64,000 nt of DNA, taken from Bugula neritina. Its lineage: Eukaryota > Animalia > Bryozoa. Numbering within the stretch: position 1 is the stretch's first letter; the number at the start of each line of letters is the position of its first letter. Positions 14,440 to 27,483 of this stretch are shown in pieces. The stretch lies in contig OZ037769.1 in assembly GCA_964035545.1 (NCBI GenBank), forward strand, positions 5,747,929 to 5,811,928, read 5' to 3'. A model generated the notes under the pieces. That model was not told the origin of the DNA. It did not search any database and worked only from the letters and a program-made list of their open reading frames with translations. A program made the translations under genes and the position numbers.

Positions 14440-14960
14440 TCTCTTTGTGTTAGTGTTACTATCACTATTGTGTTAGTATTACTATTAGTATTACTGTTAG
14501 TGTTACTATTACTATAACTATTAGTATTACTAATAGTAGTATTACTATTAGTATTACTAAAGTATTAGACTTTAGTGACTTAGTATTACTATTAGTATTA
14601 CTATTACAATTTACTATTATATTTAGTAATTTGGTAATACTAATACTAATAGTAATACTTATACTAATAGTAATACTAATAGTAATAAAACTAGGAGTAA
14701 ACTTTAAAGAGTAAAGTGCTACTAGGCCTACTAGGTCACTAGTACTAGTACTACTACTAGCCAGTACCTGCTGCTAGTCTAATTTTTTAAGACTATTACT
14801 CTTAGAAATGTATAAAATAATACTACCCAATACTTATACTAATAGTGCTGATAATAATACTCATAGTCATACTAATGCTCATACTGATACTCGTAGTCAT
14901 GGACCATGGTCATACCCATACTGATACTCATAGACTCATACCGAATTCCTATCATTCATA
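14440..14960. repeat. (TTACTA/TAGTAA)-type low-complexity tract with inverted symmetry
   Basis: TTAGTATTACTA runs switch to the complementary TAATACTAATAGTAA near 14625, followed by CATACT/GATACT hexamers. Confidence 0.7.
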
Positions 14961-15071
14961 TTGATGGTCATATTGTGACTAATAGACAATAGCAATTCTC
15001 TTTAGTCATCTCTCATCTATCTGCGATCAAGATCAGTAACTAAAAGTGAAAGAGAATTTAAATTAGAGTAA

Positions 15072-15415
15072 GCCTAGGGCCACACGGCGCGTATTTTCGC
15101 ATGTGAAAATGGAAATCACAAGTAGCAAAGGTGTTCACTGTAGCGTCAGTGATGCGTGATAAATAAAGCTTTCATTTTTAAATCGCACTCGATTTCAATA
15201 AAACGCAATTTACTGGAATGTAGCACTAAAATAAAGAAATTGGGCTCGCTGAATAGCTACCAGCCAATTAGGTGACGATGACAGAGACGATTCGCACTTG
15301 TCGCTCAGCATTTTCAACGCAAGTGCGAACGTTTTCTCAACGCGCACAGTGGACACCTTTGCTACTTGTGATTTCAATTTTCGCATGCGAAAATACGCGC
15401 CGTGTGGCCCTAGGC
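15072..15415. mobile_element. PIF/Harbinger-type MITE (344 bp)
   Basis: ~70-bp terminal inverted repeats GCCTAGGGCCACACGGCGCGTATTTTCGCATG... / ...CATGCGAAAATACGCGCCGTGTGGCCCTAGGC, flanked on both sides by TAA (15069-15071, 15416-15418), the TSD typical of Harbinger. Confidence 0.85.
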
Positions 15416-16140
15416 TAAGAGTTAAGCTTTTACTTGAGTTGAACCTAACTTGAACTAAAAACCTGAATGTTATACTAACAGTAACAGTAACAGTCACATT
15501 TTAATAGTTATATTATAAATATTTTTAATATCTTTAGCTTAAACTGTTGCTAATAGTAATACAGTCGTTACTAGTATGTTTGCCATCACTATGAGTATGA
15601 CTATTATCTATATTATATAAGTATGTCTTTTGCTTTTTAATTGTTAGTTTAACTATGGAGTGATGAATGACATTGATTAATAAAAGGTCATATAGAATTA
15701 AGTAGTTCAATTAATAATATTGCATTCACACTATGATTCAATAAGTAATTATGAAATGAAAAGTGAGTGAGTGACAAAACATGGTATAATTGCATTATTT
15801 CCTTTTCACTGCTATTGGCATAAATGACACTAGTACAAGTCAACTCTTATTTGGCATTATTTATAAGTTAGGTAAAATAGTCAAACTGTAGAATTAAATT
15901 TTCTGGGGGGGGGGGGTGCCAAGTTACAATAATAGTTACAGTAGTTGAGTTACAGTCGTTATGTAAAAGATGAATTTGTAATACATAAGCTTCACATCTA
16001 CTATGGTTGATTTGGTATCACTTAGGATTTGCCTTGCGGATATCCTATTACTATATATTGTCATCCTGTACCTCTTTTACCTTTGACCACAGTAATTGTG
16101 GAGAAGATTTTCTTTGGAGCTCGGTGGCCCTTCTTTCATA

Positions 16141-19100
16141 ATGGCTGACATAGAAATGGCAGATAGACCTGTTGTGGTGGAGAAAGTAAGCAAACAAGTG
16201 ATGTGTGGCCACTGTAAATACACATGCAGCGATATGGAAGAACTGAAACAACACATGAAGGACAATCATCTCAGCAACCCTTCTGGTTTGTTATTAACAA
16301 AAAACATCAATTTACCAAGATTCAAAGCCGACCCAAAGTTGGGTATTGTAGCGTATTTGGTTTAAATAAGTGCAACTTACTAACAATATGTATCAGTAAC
16401 TTTGTTGCTAAAGTTTGAAAAGCGCTTACCTTTAATTTTGTATTTATAGTAGTAATAAAACTCACACACGTTTATAGTCTCCATCCCTGTAAAAAAACCC
16501 CTGATAGAAAGTTTTTTTTTGTTAAATCGGGCTAAGGTTTTATTCAGATGGGGCACAGGAGCAATTATGACTGGATGCTCTTCCTAACATCACCAATAGC
16601 CTATGACGGGGTTCGAACCCATCACTTTGTGCTTACTAAGCAAACGCTCTAACCCCTAGACCACGGCTGTTCCCTTTTTATAGTAGCAATAGTATCACAC
16701 ATGCACTTGTATTTCACTATTATTTCTCCGAATAGTGAGCACTGTAAAGCAGCCAGTAGCTGAAGTGCCCAAGCAAACAGTGGTGGTGTACAAGCAGAAT
16801 GCAGACGGTACTACCGTCAACACGGGGCAGGTGGTACAGCTCACTCAGCAGCAGATAATGCAGCTACTGGGCAGCTCGCCTGTACAGCAGAAACCTCTAA
16901 CTCTCAGCTCTGTACCTGTCAGCCAATCAGAACCTCAGTCAGCTGAGTAAGCTCCTTACTTTGAGTGACTCATTAAGTTGTCTGCTATATCTATTTCAAG
17001 TTTTCTTTTTGTAAATTAAATGTAATAGAAAGTAATAACATTGGGATATTTTTATTAAGCACTTAGGTATCATGAGCAAGTGAACGTTTTTCTCATTTAT
17101 TTCAAGGTACTTATTTAGATTTTAGATATAAATATTTCATTGATTTTTTTATTGACTTGAACCAATTTTTTACTGGTATTTATGAGAAGGACTTGTTTTG
17201 TATGACTGCCTAATACTTGTTTTGTGCAATGTTTTGTTGGTTCAAGCCGCTTTGCTTTACATTACTGTGTATATTGTGTCCTTTTTAAAAGGGGGACAAC
17301 TTCTTAGATTACAAGTTTATTCAACTCTGATATTTGCCGAACATATTCTGGTTCGTAGTGTACAATAATTGCTCTGTCGTCAAAATTGCACATTTTTCCA
17401 TTTTCAAAACGTTTAAATTTTCCTTCAACTAATGTATCACTTGCTGTTTGTAGTGTTTCGTACATCTCGCTGCATGGTAGTAGCATAACATCTGGTGGAA
17501 AGAAACAGTTGCTGGTGGTTGGAGCTGAGCAGGTGGACAATCTGGAGAAGTCTGCATTGGCCGCTGCCGGCATGCTGCCTAAAGTCAAAGCTCCGCCCGC
17601 TGTATGTATCACTACTGAACACTTGCGTCATCTTTTAGCACGAATAAGAACCACCGGGTATGACCTGTAATGTCAGGTCATAGCATAGCTTGTGCTCTTG
17701 AGGTTTGCAATATTAACATGTAGTTTGAGAGGTTCTCAACCACTGCAGAGTGGAACTCATACTTCAAGTGTACTTAGTTCTCACAATCATTTAAGGTTGA
17801 GATTTGAAATGCCATAAATTAGAAAATTATAGAATTCACAACTTTGGTGTGTCATGCATTATTACTGACATTTATTAGAGCCAACACGCCTTCAAATTAT
17901 TGTGAGAAATTGTAGTCACAGATTTATGGACTAATGAAACAGTGTATGTCGTAGATAGAACTGTTGGCACGGTATTGATTTGTGATGGCCCGGGTAATGG
18001 TGTAGTTATTGTATAATTAATGTAATACGTATTTCTTTAGTCGGCAGCTGCTGCCCGTATCTCTCTGCTCGCTGCCGGAGTGCCTACATTTGTCTCTAAA
18101 ATATATCCTGATGATAGCGAGGAAGGAACTGTAGAGCTCAAGTTTCAGGTATGAGTCATTGTGTATAGTGTAGTAGTAGTACCCAGTCACTGTGTGTAAA
18201 GTGTAGTAGTACTAATAGTGGTAGCAGTACCCGATCCCTGTGTATACTGTAGTAGTAGTAGTAGTAGTGGTGGTAGTAGTAGTAATAGTAGTAGTAGTGG
18301 TAGTAGTAGTAATAGTAGTAGTAGTAGCGGTGGTAGTAGTATTAATAGTAGTAGTATTAATAGTAGTATCAGTAGTTAATGTATTGGGTTATCTATATCA
18401 GTGTATTTTTACTGCAGTTTACCATAACTGGCAATGAAGACATGATAGATGAGCATATCAAGCCAGTTGTATCCTTCCAATGTCAGCACTGCTCGTACAA
18501 AGATGGCAGCTATACGGTAAGGTTATGCTCATTACATCTACTTGTTCAGACATTTACCTGCTTGTCTTCTAATAGATGTTAATATGCAGTTCAATCATTG
18601 CTCATCCACGCACTACTCAGTTCGTTCTTTGGCTTTGGAGTTGTTGAAATTCTGTTGTTCAAGTTGCTTGAAGGTTTATTGATGTGGCCAGTGCATTGTT
18701 GAAGCCATTTACAAATGCAACTTTTCTCCCCAATGTCATTCATCATATAAGCATTTAACTGTTTCCATGGTTACCTCAGAAAGCCTGTGTGCACACACAC
18801 AACTTCCACCTGAAGGCAGACGGGACGGTGATAAAGCCAGACCGAGTTGCTAACCCGCGGCCGGAGCAGGTGAGCAACCTGACAGAGGACGATCTCTCCT
18901 GCCCCTACTGTCTCACCAAGTTCCTCTCACTGGAAGACAGAGATAACCACAGAATGAAGAAGTGTGGACCCAAACAAAGGGTAGGTACTCGCGTCTAGTA
19001 TAATTTTTAAACAATAGTTATCACAACCAAGCCAAAAGATATGATACAGGTTGGGCTAGTTTTTATGAACTCTGAATAATTCGCCCCATTAAATAGAATG

Positions 19101-22100
19101 AAACATTTTAAATTACATATCCTTCTATTTTTCTACGTTTTCGGTGAATATAGGACAGGTATCTGTGGTTGCAAACCAAGAGGAAATATTGTTTGCACTC
19201 ATTGTGTGTATAGTATAATATAGTTATGCTGTAATGAGGTTGTGTACTCTTGTGTTTTGTTTTAGTACGAAGTTAAACGAACAGCTGTAAGAAGTTTACT
19301 GAAGCATCTGCTCTGCCCCAAACCAGATTGTACTCGGGCTCTCTACTTCAATGATCACCTCATGCAGATTAAACACCCCCGTGCCGTGTTCGGGTCGTGT
19401 CACCGAAATAACGGACCCAGTCATTATTTCTCATGCTATGTGTGTGCCGCTCGGTCTAAGGACTCCTGGAAGGTACATCTTCTCTATCTTAGCTTGTCAC
19501 AGTCTGCTTACTGCAGTGTGGTTGATCGCGGCTGGAGATTCCAGCACTCGTTTTTTGTCGAGATCTTTTCAAAAGTTTAGTTATTTAAAGTTCATTCAAC
19601 TTACAATCGCATTGCAATATTATTTGAGCAATACAAAACCAACATTTTGTGTAATTTTTTATGAAAAGTGGTCGCCATTTCTTATTTATAGAACTAGAAT
19701 TTACAGCCTAGCATTGTCGGTCTTGTTTCTTATGGCACTTTCTGTACCGGGTGCTAAGTCGGTCTTAAGTGGTACTTTGCTCTTGTAGGATAAACCAGTC
19801 AAGTACTTTGAGACGATTATTAGTAACAGAGTTAAAGAACTGAATGAACGAGTAAGTATTTCCTCTCATGTACGCTGTCTGTATAGAAACTATTTGCGCA
19901 TTCCATGTTTCGTTGATTTAGTTTAGTTTAGTTTAATTTCTGCTCAAGAAGCGAATGTCCTTGTTCAAATATTATTTATCCCGGTTTTGCTAGGTTATGA
20001 CCCAAGAACTGGGTCAGGATTCTCTTAGTTTCTTGGCCAATGAGAATTCAGCTAAGAATATGGAGCAAACAGAAGAGGGCGGCGACGACACGTCAGCTCT
20101 CCCAGACAGTGAAGAGATGGGCGGGGCTACAGAAGAGAAGAAGCCGGAGATGGTGCGCCGCGTCCTGGTGCCTCCGGAGAACATGAGGCCGTGGGATTTC
20201 AGCAGCTGGAAGGAATGCTCTCTGCATTTGGCTACGGAACATAAGGTTAGCTTGTCTCTTCAAACGCCGGGCGTCACTGTTACTGCCCTTCCCTGCTGCT
20301 GCTTTTACACTTCAGATACACTGCTACTCATGTTGAGCAGATTTGACTATTTGTATTGTTTTAGGAGGCTGTCGGCCTTCAGCCCAGGTGTGAAGTGTGT
20401 AAGAAAGCCCTAACTGCATGCAATGAGCTCTGTCATCACATCTTCAACAATGAGATAGAGTTCATTGAAAATGGAATGGGCAACTTGAGGCGTAAGCAGT
20501 CTAAGAAAGCCCTAAAGAGAGGGTGGGTGTTTATACAGAGTGTCTGTATTAGTTGTAGCAATTAGTACCTGTTGTAGTATTTAGTACGAGTTGTAGTATT
20601 TAGTACGAGTTGTAGTAGTTAGTACCAGTTGTAGTATTTAGTACTAGTTGTAGTAGTTAGTACCAGTTGTAGTATTTAGTACGAGTTATAGTATTTAGTA
20701 TTAGTTGTAGTATTTAGTACTAGTTGTAGTAGTTAGTACCAGTTGTAGTAGTTAGTACTAGTTGTAGTATTTAGTACCAGTTGTAGTATTTAGTACTAGT
20801 TGTAGTATTTAGTACTAGTTGTAGTATTTAGTACTAGTTGTAGTAGTTAGTACCAGTTGTAGTATTTAGTACGAGTTATAGTATTTAGCATTAGTTGTAG
20901 TATTTAGTACTAGTTGTAGTATTTAGTATTAGTTGTAGTATTTAGTACTAGTTGTAGTATTTAGTACTAGTTGTAGTAGTTAGTTCTAGTTGTAGTAGTT
21001 AGTACTAGTTGTAGTATTTAGTACCAGTTGTAGTATTTAGTACTAGTTGTAGTGTTTAGTACTAGTTATAGTAGTTAGTACTAGTTATAGTATTTAGTAC
21101 TAGTTGTAGTATTTAGTACTAGTTGTAGTAGTTAGTACGAGTTGTAGTATTTAGTACTAGTTGTAGTATTTAGTACTAGTTGTAGTATTTAGTATTAGTT
21201 GTAGTATTTAGTACTAGTTGTAGTGTTTAGTACTAGTTGTAGTAGTTAGTACTAGTTGTAGTATTTAGTACTAGTTGTAGTATTTAGTACTAGTTGTAGT
21301 ACTTAGTACTAGTTGTAGTATTTAGTACTAGTTGTAGTAGTTAGTATTATGCAGTTGGGTTTTTTGCTTGTTAAAGACTTGCTGTGTCATGATTTTGTAA
21401 TTTGTCATGATTCTGGTGGATATGCTCATCTTTTAGGCATTGTTTTGCCTGTAATACCATAATAGTTTCATCATGTAAGATTCTTTGTGTACAAACCTAC
21501 TGTTGAGTTATCATACTGCCCTGCTTGTCCGCATGTATACTACATGGTGTTTGCTCCCGTAGAATGATCTTTGGTGTTAGTAAGGAGAATGCAGCAGATA
21601 GAATGCTGTTCAATGAAGTAGCAGACGACCTCTCGGCACTTCCTGTGCAGACGGATGACAAGGTAAGTTGCACGCGTTCTGTTGCCAACAGACAGTCTTC
21701 TGGATTATTAATCTCGCGGTTAACTCTGGAGCAGAATTTGTGCATTACAGAATTTTTGTGCGAAGTTTTCTAAATATTTCACTCACAATTTTCAAATGAA
21801 ATTCTCTTACAGTGTAGATAATAGATGTGCCATCTTACTGTGGGCTAAATTTTTGAATTTCAAAATTTTATATATGCTAGTTCAAGCTAGTGGTTTTATT
21901 TCAAGATTTATTAAACAAACAAGTGCCTGTAGGTTTTATATATGCCAATGCTTTAATTACAAAGTTTAAATACTAATATGTTTACATTCAAATTGTATAG
22001 AATATACATCTCGCCGAATATGCTATTTTAGACAGGAAACGTGTCACGCAAAGGCATGAGGAACAAGCACTACATGTGTCGCACCTGCGGTCAGGGGTTC

Positions 22101-25100
22101 TCGAGCTCCGCCAAGCGAGACAAGCACATCATATCAAACGCGTGTGTGAGAGACAAGGTAGAGCGGAAGTTCGAGTGTTCGGTGTGTAACAAGCGGTTTT
22201 CCCAGAAGAAGACCGTCTTGGCTCATGAGACCTGGTGTTTGTACAAGCAGAAGAGAGATAACCTGAATATGGAAGATAACGCCACATGTAAGTAGACAGG
22301 TTTAGTATTGTATTGTGTGACGAAGTTCATTGTTACTGAGATGATAGCCTTATTAACATCCTTCTATTTAAACGAGAACACAGGCTTCTTGCAATCTTTA
22401 AACATGTCACTTGTAGACAATGGGATGAATCGCCAAAAATGCTCGACTTGTTTTAGAAAATCTCATATTTTGTTGTTTTTACAAGTACCATGCTTACATC
22501 ATAGTGCCTATATGATAGTGATGGCATTACAGTGTGTATATTATAGTACTTATAACATATAGTGCAGTTACCAGCAAGTTTATTGGTTACGAAATAAAGA
22601 CAGGTTTGAAAGTACAGGGAGTAATGATTTAAACCTTATTACAGGCAAAAGTTTATTCCGTCTTCTATTGTACATCTTTTGCTTACCAGGATGTTTAAAT
22701 CTCAGCTGATGAAATTATTGTACATGGAGTGTTATTGTTTGCCTCTGATACAAATCAACTATATACTCATACCTGACCAATTTATATTCTAGAGTTACAT
22801 TTTTGAGGAGGTTTAAACAGACCTCATATTTACCAGTCCATACTACAGCTGTTTACCCGTCATGTTGCAGCTGCACTAATAGATGACGTGCTCAACGCCG
22901 GCACAGACACCGAGTCGTCTCAGCCTGCTGCCGACTCAGCTGCTGCTGCTGACTCAGCCGCTGCCCCCAGCGAGGAGAAGAAGGTGAAGAAAAGAGCTGC
23001 TAGGTACAAGTGTACCATCCACGGCTGTATCATGTGAGTCACGCCCTCTCTCTATAGCACTTATTTGTACAGTCAACACCCTCTCTATAGCACTTAGTTG
23101 TACAGTCAACACCCTCTATAGCACTTAGTTGTACAGTCAACACCCTCTCTATAGCACTTAGTTGTACAGTCAACACTCTCTCTATAGCACCTATACAAGC
23201 TGATGGTGTTTTGTACTCTATAAGCATGTAATATACAGAATAGCAGGTAGAAAATGCCTAAAATGATGCTATCATATAACATTTTGTAATGCACTTTACT
23301 GGAGACTTTAGCTCTACTCTGCCCTGGGAGTTACCAATGTACTTGTTTCATTGAGTAAGCGTTGAGCTTCTTAGTGCTATAAAAAGGCAATAAGGGACTC
23401 GCACAAATATACTATAATATTTGTATATTTTGATTTTCTATTTCAACTTTTTTCACAAAGTTAATAAAGCAGTTCTAGTCTTCTAGTTGTTGGTTCCGGT
23501 ACTGCAGGGGTTTCAACACAGAAGCAGAGTTGGAGATACACCTCAAGTGTCACATAGGCACTTCAGTCGCTTATCAGTGCTGCTTCTGTGACTTCACCGC
23601 TGCCGCAACTGTCAACTGGTATCCCTTGAAGGAGCACATCATTGCTAAACACCCGGGACACATAACTCCCGACTATGTCTGCAAAATATGCAGTAAGTTG
23701 AAAACTGTTATAGAATAGTGAAATTACTATGTTGGGAGAAGTTTTGTTTGAGAAATTTAACTGCTTGCTAAAGCAGTTAAATTTGTTACAGTACTCCCTC
23801 CGTATCTCTCTAAGCTTCGGGTCTTGAAACTTTGATTCGTGACATAGTAGAGTACCAGATTTAACTCACGGATTCGTTAGATTTGGCCATTTTGTCCCTA
23901 TACTTGCACACATACATAGGCCACAAAGTTGGGTTCATGTGGAATTTTGTGAGAAATGGAACCGTAAGATATGAGGGAGAAGTCTATGCAGATCTTTAAT
24001 AGACCTACATAGTGCATCTCCTCTTTACATTTTAATATTCATTTTCTACTCTCTCACTACACTCTTCTCTTATATAGAACCACTCTACATCTTGATGAAC
24101 TGCACTCTCATTTCTATCACAACCACTATTATGCATCATGATATCTCTCAAGATAGAGTGTGCTGTATCCCACTATTCTTGTAGACAAGGGCTTCGCTAA
24201 GCAGTCCAAGTTTGACGATCACATGACAAAGCATTCGACTGCCCGACTCCACAAGTGCATCGAGTGTTCCTTGACCTTCAAACAGGAGAGTGGCCTGAGG
24301 ATCCACGTGCAGCTAGAACATGGCAGTGAGGAGGCCAAGTAAGTCCACCCCCTTACTCTATTACAACGCTAATACTTGTGACTCTTTCACATAGTATATC
24401 CGTTTGTTCTATTTAATGTGTGTTTTCCTGTGTATATATTGTGATATTAGTTTCTACAAAGCTCTGAAATGAAAACTGTCGTGTTATTTCTGTTAGCATT
24501 CAATTATGAATTAGTTTTTATTTACATGAGAATCATTAGCCAATCTATTCTAGTGTAGTGAATCCGTCAAATGCCACCTGCAATCGTCAAATGCCACCTG
24601 CAATCAGCAACAAGCCCTTCCTGTTCTTTATAAAACTGATAAAATGTAATCTACAGCAAAACCTGTTATTAATAAGTAGCTCTTGCCCCATCAACTATTA
24701 AATGTCCTGCTAACTTTACCGACTCCACTACATGTCCTTCACCCACAGGGAGTATGCTAGGATAGCTATGAAACAGAGAAGCTCCGAGAACATTGCCAAC
24801 CAGCCGCTACTCTGCTACGTGTGTGGCTACTCTACCACCAGCAGGAGCTACTACAAGACTCACATGAACATACACAAGGGCATCAAACCTTACAGGTTAG
24901 TCCCAGTCAATCATATGTTCACATATATTATCTTTTACTGTGCAACTTGACAACAGTAAATCTGTAGTCTGTGATAAATAGTCGCTATGAACTCTTGGTG
25001 TTGGGAGAGTAACTTCTAATGGTGTAACAATGCCTTCGGTAACAAAATATTGCCACAGATTTTAAGCGCATCATAGTCCAGTTTCAAGCTACTAAATATT

Positions 25101-26751
25101 TTATATGTTTCAAGTGTTACTTAATGTTCGTACCTTAACACCTACTGTGTATGTTTTGCAAGTCGCACAGAATGTTTTAGCTACTGTTTCTCATAATTTA
25201 AGTACAGCTCTGTGCAATGTCTTAAACACTGCTGTAATACTTTCAAATAATACTTTATAACAGTAATTTTTTAAGGACGACTCTGTGCATATCAAGTACT
25301 ACTCTGTGCGTTTCACGTATTGCTCTATGTGTTACAAGGAGTGCTATTGTCTTACAGTTGTACGGAGTGTGACTACAAGTCCGTAGACTCGACGTGCTTC
25401 AAGAGACACATGTGGAGACACGAGGACAAGAAACCATACAAGTGTACTTACTGTCCATTTGACGGCATTCAGAGGTCTCAGATAGTTGCCCACATGAAGA
25501 GCAAACATGATGTCTATCCTGAAGACGCAAAGAAACTCATCAAGTGGGTTCTGCTTACATGCTAGAGATCGTGCAACTGCTATATATATATATTTACTAT
25601 ATTGGAGATTATTTACATATTATATATTTACTTACCATCTATGAAGCCATGTACATACCATATGTATATCTACTTACTATATTACAGATTATTTACGTAC
25701 TGTATATTTACTTATTATATTAGATATTATGTACATTATATTTATTTACTACATTAAAGATTATATACATATAGTACTTTATATCTACGTACTTCTGTTT
25801 CGTGGGAGGAAAGGTGCGTGTCTATTTGCGAGTTCTGTTCTGATGGTTATGTAGGCATATCAGCGGGAGAGTGGCTAGCAACATTCAGACTAGACCTCTG
25901 CATAAGGATGTTGGTGAAGAGATGGAGTTGTCCCCCTCTAATCCGCCGGCCGTGTCCCTACAGACTGCAAGTAACACCACCACTGTCAGCATTGTCAATC
26001 CTGACGGCACCGAAACTACCATTCCTGTGGAACTGGTATGTCCTATTTATTGTGTGTCACAGCTTGTCTCTTGATATCAGTCTAGATGTCTATTATTACC
26101 GCTGGTATAATATACTGTTTATACAAATGTTACTAATACTCCGTTCCTTGTTCTCTGCTGTTGATATTTTGTTATGAAAAAGCTCACATGGGTTTAAAGT
26201 TGCCATCCCTGTGAGAACCCTTGATGGAATTGTTATTTTAAGTGAGCTAAGGACTTTTTCTCTGTTAGGGCAAAGGAGCAGTTATGACTGAATGCTAACA
26301 TCATCAATGGTCTTTACTGAGATTCAAACCGCTGACCTTGTGTTTACTAAGTCAGCACTCTAACCTCTTCATTGATACTCGTACAACTGACACGCTTATT
26401 CGCATAACTTTGCATTAAATGATTCAATTATATTATTTTCAAATGTGAAAACAGTTTTGGAAGTATTTTATGTTACATTTCAAACTAATCAGAGTTTGGA
26501 ATTTTGGTTTATTACAAAATCGCCCGAGGAGTTGCCGATAAGCTGAAAGTGTGAGCCGTCATTATATCTCTAGTTAAATAGACATTTGCTCTGTTTTCCT
26601 GTAGATAACTCAGGCGGCGCAGGGTTTGGCAGCCGGTACCAATGTGCAGGTAGCCTACGGAGATTATATGATCAACTACATGCTAGAGAAGGCTCCGGAA
26701 GAAGAAGAGGCCATGGATACTCAGGCGTATACAGCAGAGCAGACCGAGTAA
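16141..26751 (+). CDS. multi-zinc-finger (C2H2/C2HC) transcription factor, 19 coding exons, ~1027 aa
   Basis: Phase-consistent exons 16141-16285, 16736-16946, 17481-17601, 18041-18148, 18418-18516, 18780-18980, 19266-19472, 19789-19851, 19994-20245, 20365-20522, 21563-21662, 22032-22287, 22871-23033, 23508-23692, 24185-24338, 24749-24895, 25358-25543, 25855-26035, 26605-26751 (3084 nt, ends TAA). Fingers include CGHCKYTCSDMEELKQHMKDNH, CYVCGYSTTSRSYYKTHMNIHKGIKPY, CTECDYKSVDSTCFKRHMWRHEDKKPYKCTYC; Gln-rich N-terminal segment. Confidence 0.92.
16457..16674 (-). mobile_element. tRNA-derived SINE, full length, with TSD
   Basis: Minus strand GGGAACAGCCGTGGTCTAGGGGTTAGAGCG (A box) ... GGTTCGAACCC (B box), then body GGTGATGTTAGGAAGAGCATCCAGTCATAATTGCTC shared with other copies; flanked by TTTATAGTAGTAAT (16443-16456) / TTTATAGTAGCAAT (16677-16690). 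Confidence 0.85.
18247..18376. repeat. (GTA)n microsatellite, intronic
   Basis: Imperfect GTA/GTG run; it explains the poly-Val ORF 18240-18437. Confidence 0.9.
20549..21347. repeat. 19-bp minisatellite (TAGTTGTAGTATTTAGTAC)n, ~41 copies, intronic
   Basis: Directly visible tandem array starting just after the donor at 20523. Confidence 0.95.
23041..23190. repeat. ~33-bp minisatellite (CACCCTCTCTATAGCACTTAGTTGTACAGTCAA)n, ~4.5 copies
   Basis: Directly visible, immediately after the donor at 23034; explains ORFs 23039-23227 and 23106-23294. Confidence 0.9.
26178..26368 (-). mobile_element. tRNA-derived SINE, diverged copy
   Basis: Colinear similarity to 16457-16674 (CCATCCCTGT, GCTAAGG, GGAGCAGTTATGACTG, CTAACATCA, TTACTAAG, CTCTAACC). 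Confidence 0.7.
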
Positions 26752-27483
26752 GGGGGTGGCCAGGAGCGTAGACACTGTATTCATACAGATCACTTATACA
26801 GGTGGTCATTTTTCTAAACATCTCCTGGGACAGTATGGTTATGATGCCATAGTTTTGTATTTGATTGTGATACTATTTTATATACCCACACACAAAATAT
26901 GACAAACATCAAAAGTTAGTTGAAGTATTTGCTTTATGTATGTATAGTAGTTTATTAACACGCTTTTTATGTTAGGCCTTGTGATATATGATTTACATTC
27001 ATTGTAATTTAATTTTAATGAAATGCACAAATGTTTTGTTGTATGGAATATCTGTTTATATTATATAATAGAACACAAAAATTATTTTGAATTCAACTGT
27101 AATGATTCATACATTAATTTCTGCCTACTTTGATAAGGTCTTGCAAGATTTGTTCATAAATTCTGTATATAGGAAATTATAAGCATTGCCTAATTAGCTA
27201 CTGTTGCTCTCATTTATTCTGCATTATTTATTGTGTGTTATATATCATAAATTATAATAATAAAACTTTGGCATATTTTAACAATATATACAGATACCAA
27301 GCTTGCTATGCATTTCCTATTAAATAAAATCAGCAATTACTATATTTTGCCCAACTTGTTAGATGATGAGCAACAGTTAAATCCCAACTTGCGACGTTTC
27401 TAGCAACAGTTATCCTAACTTTCAACATAACTAGCAACAGTACATCAGTAGTTTAGTGTGCCTAATAGGCGCCCTCCTTGTGC

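Noticed and set aside
15210-15497. 95-aa minus-strand ORF as a transposase fragment
   Set aside because: It overlaps the MITE TIR and the low-complexity flank, with no DDE or Myb-like motif.
23788-23990. Tc1/mariner-type MITE (CAGTACTCCCTCCGTATC...GATATGAGGGAG)
   Set aside because: The inverted-repeat match is too degenerate and there is no clear TA duplication on the right.
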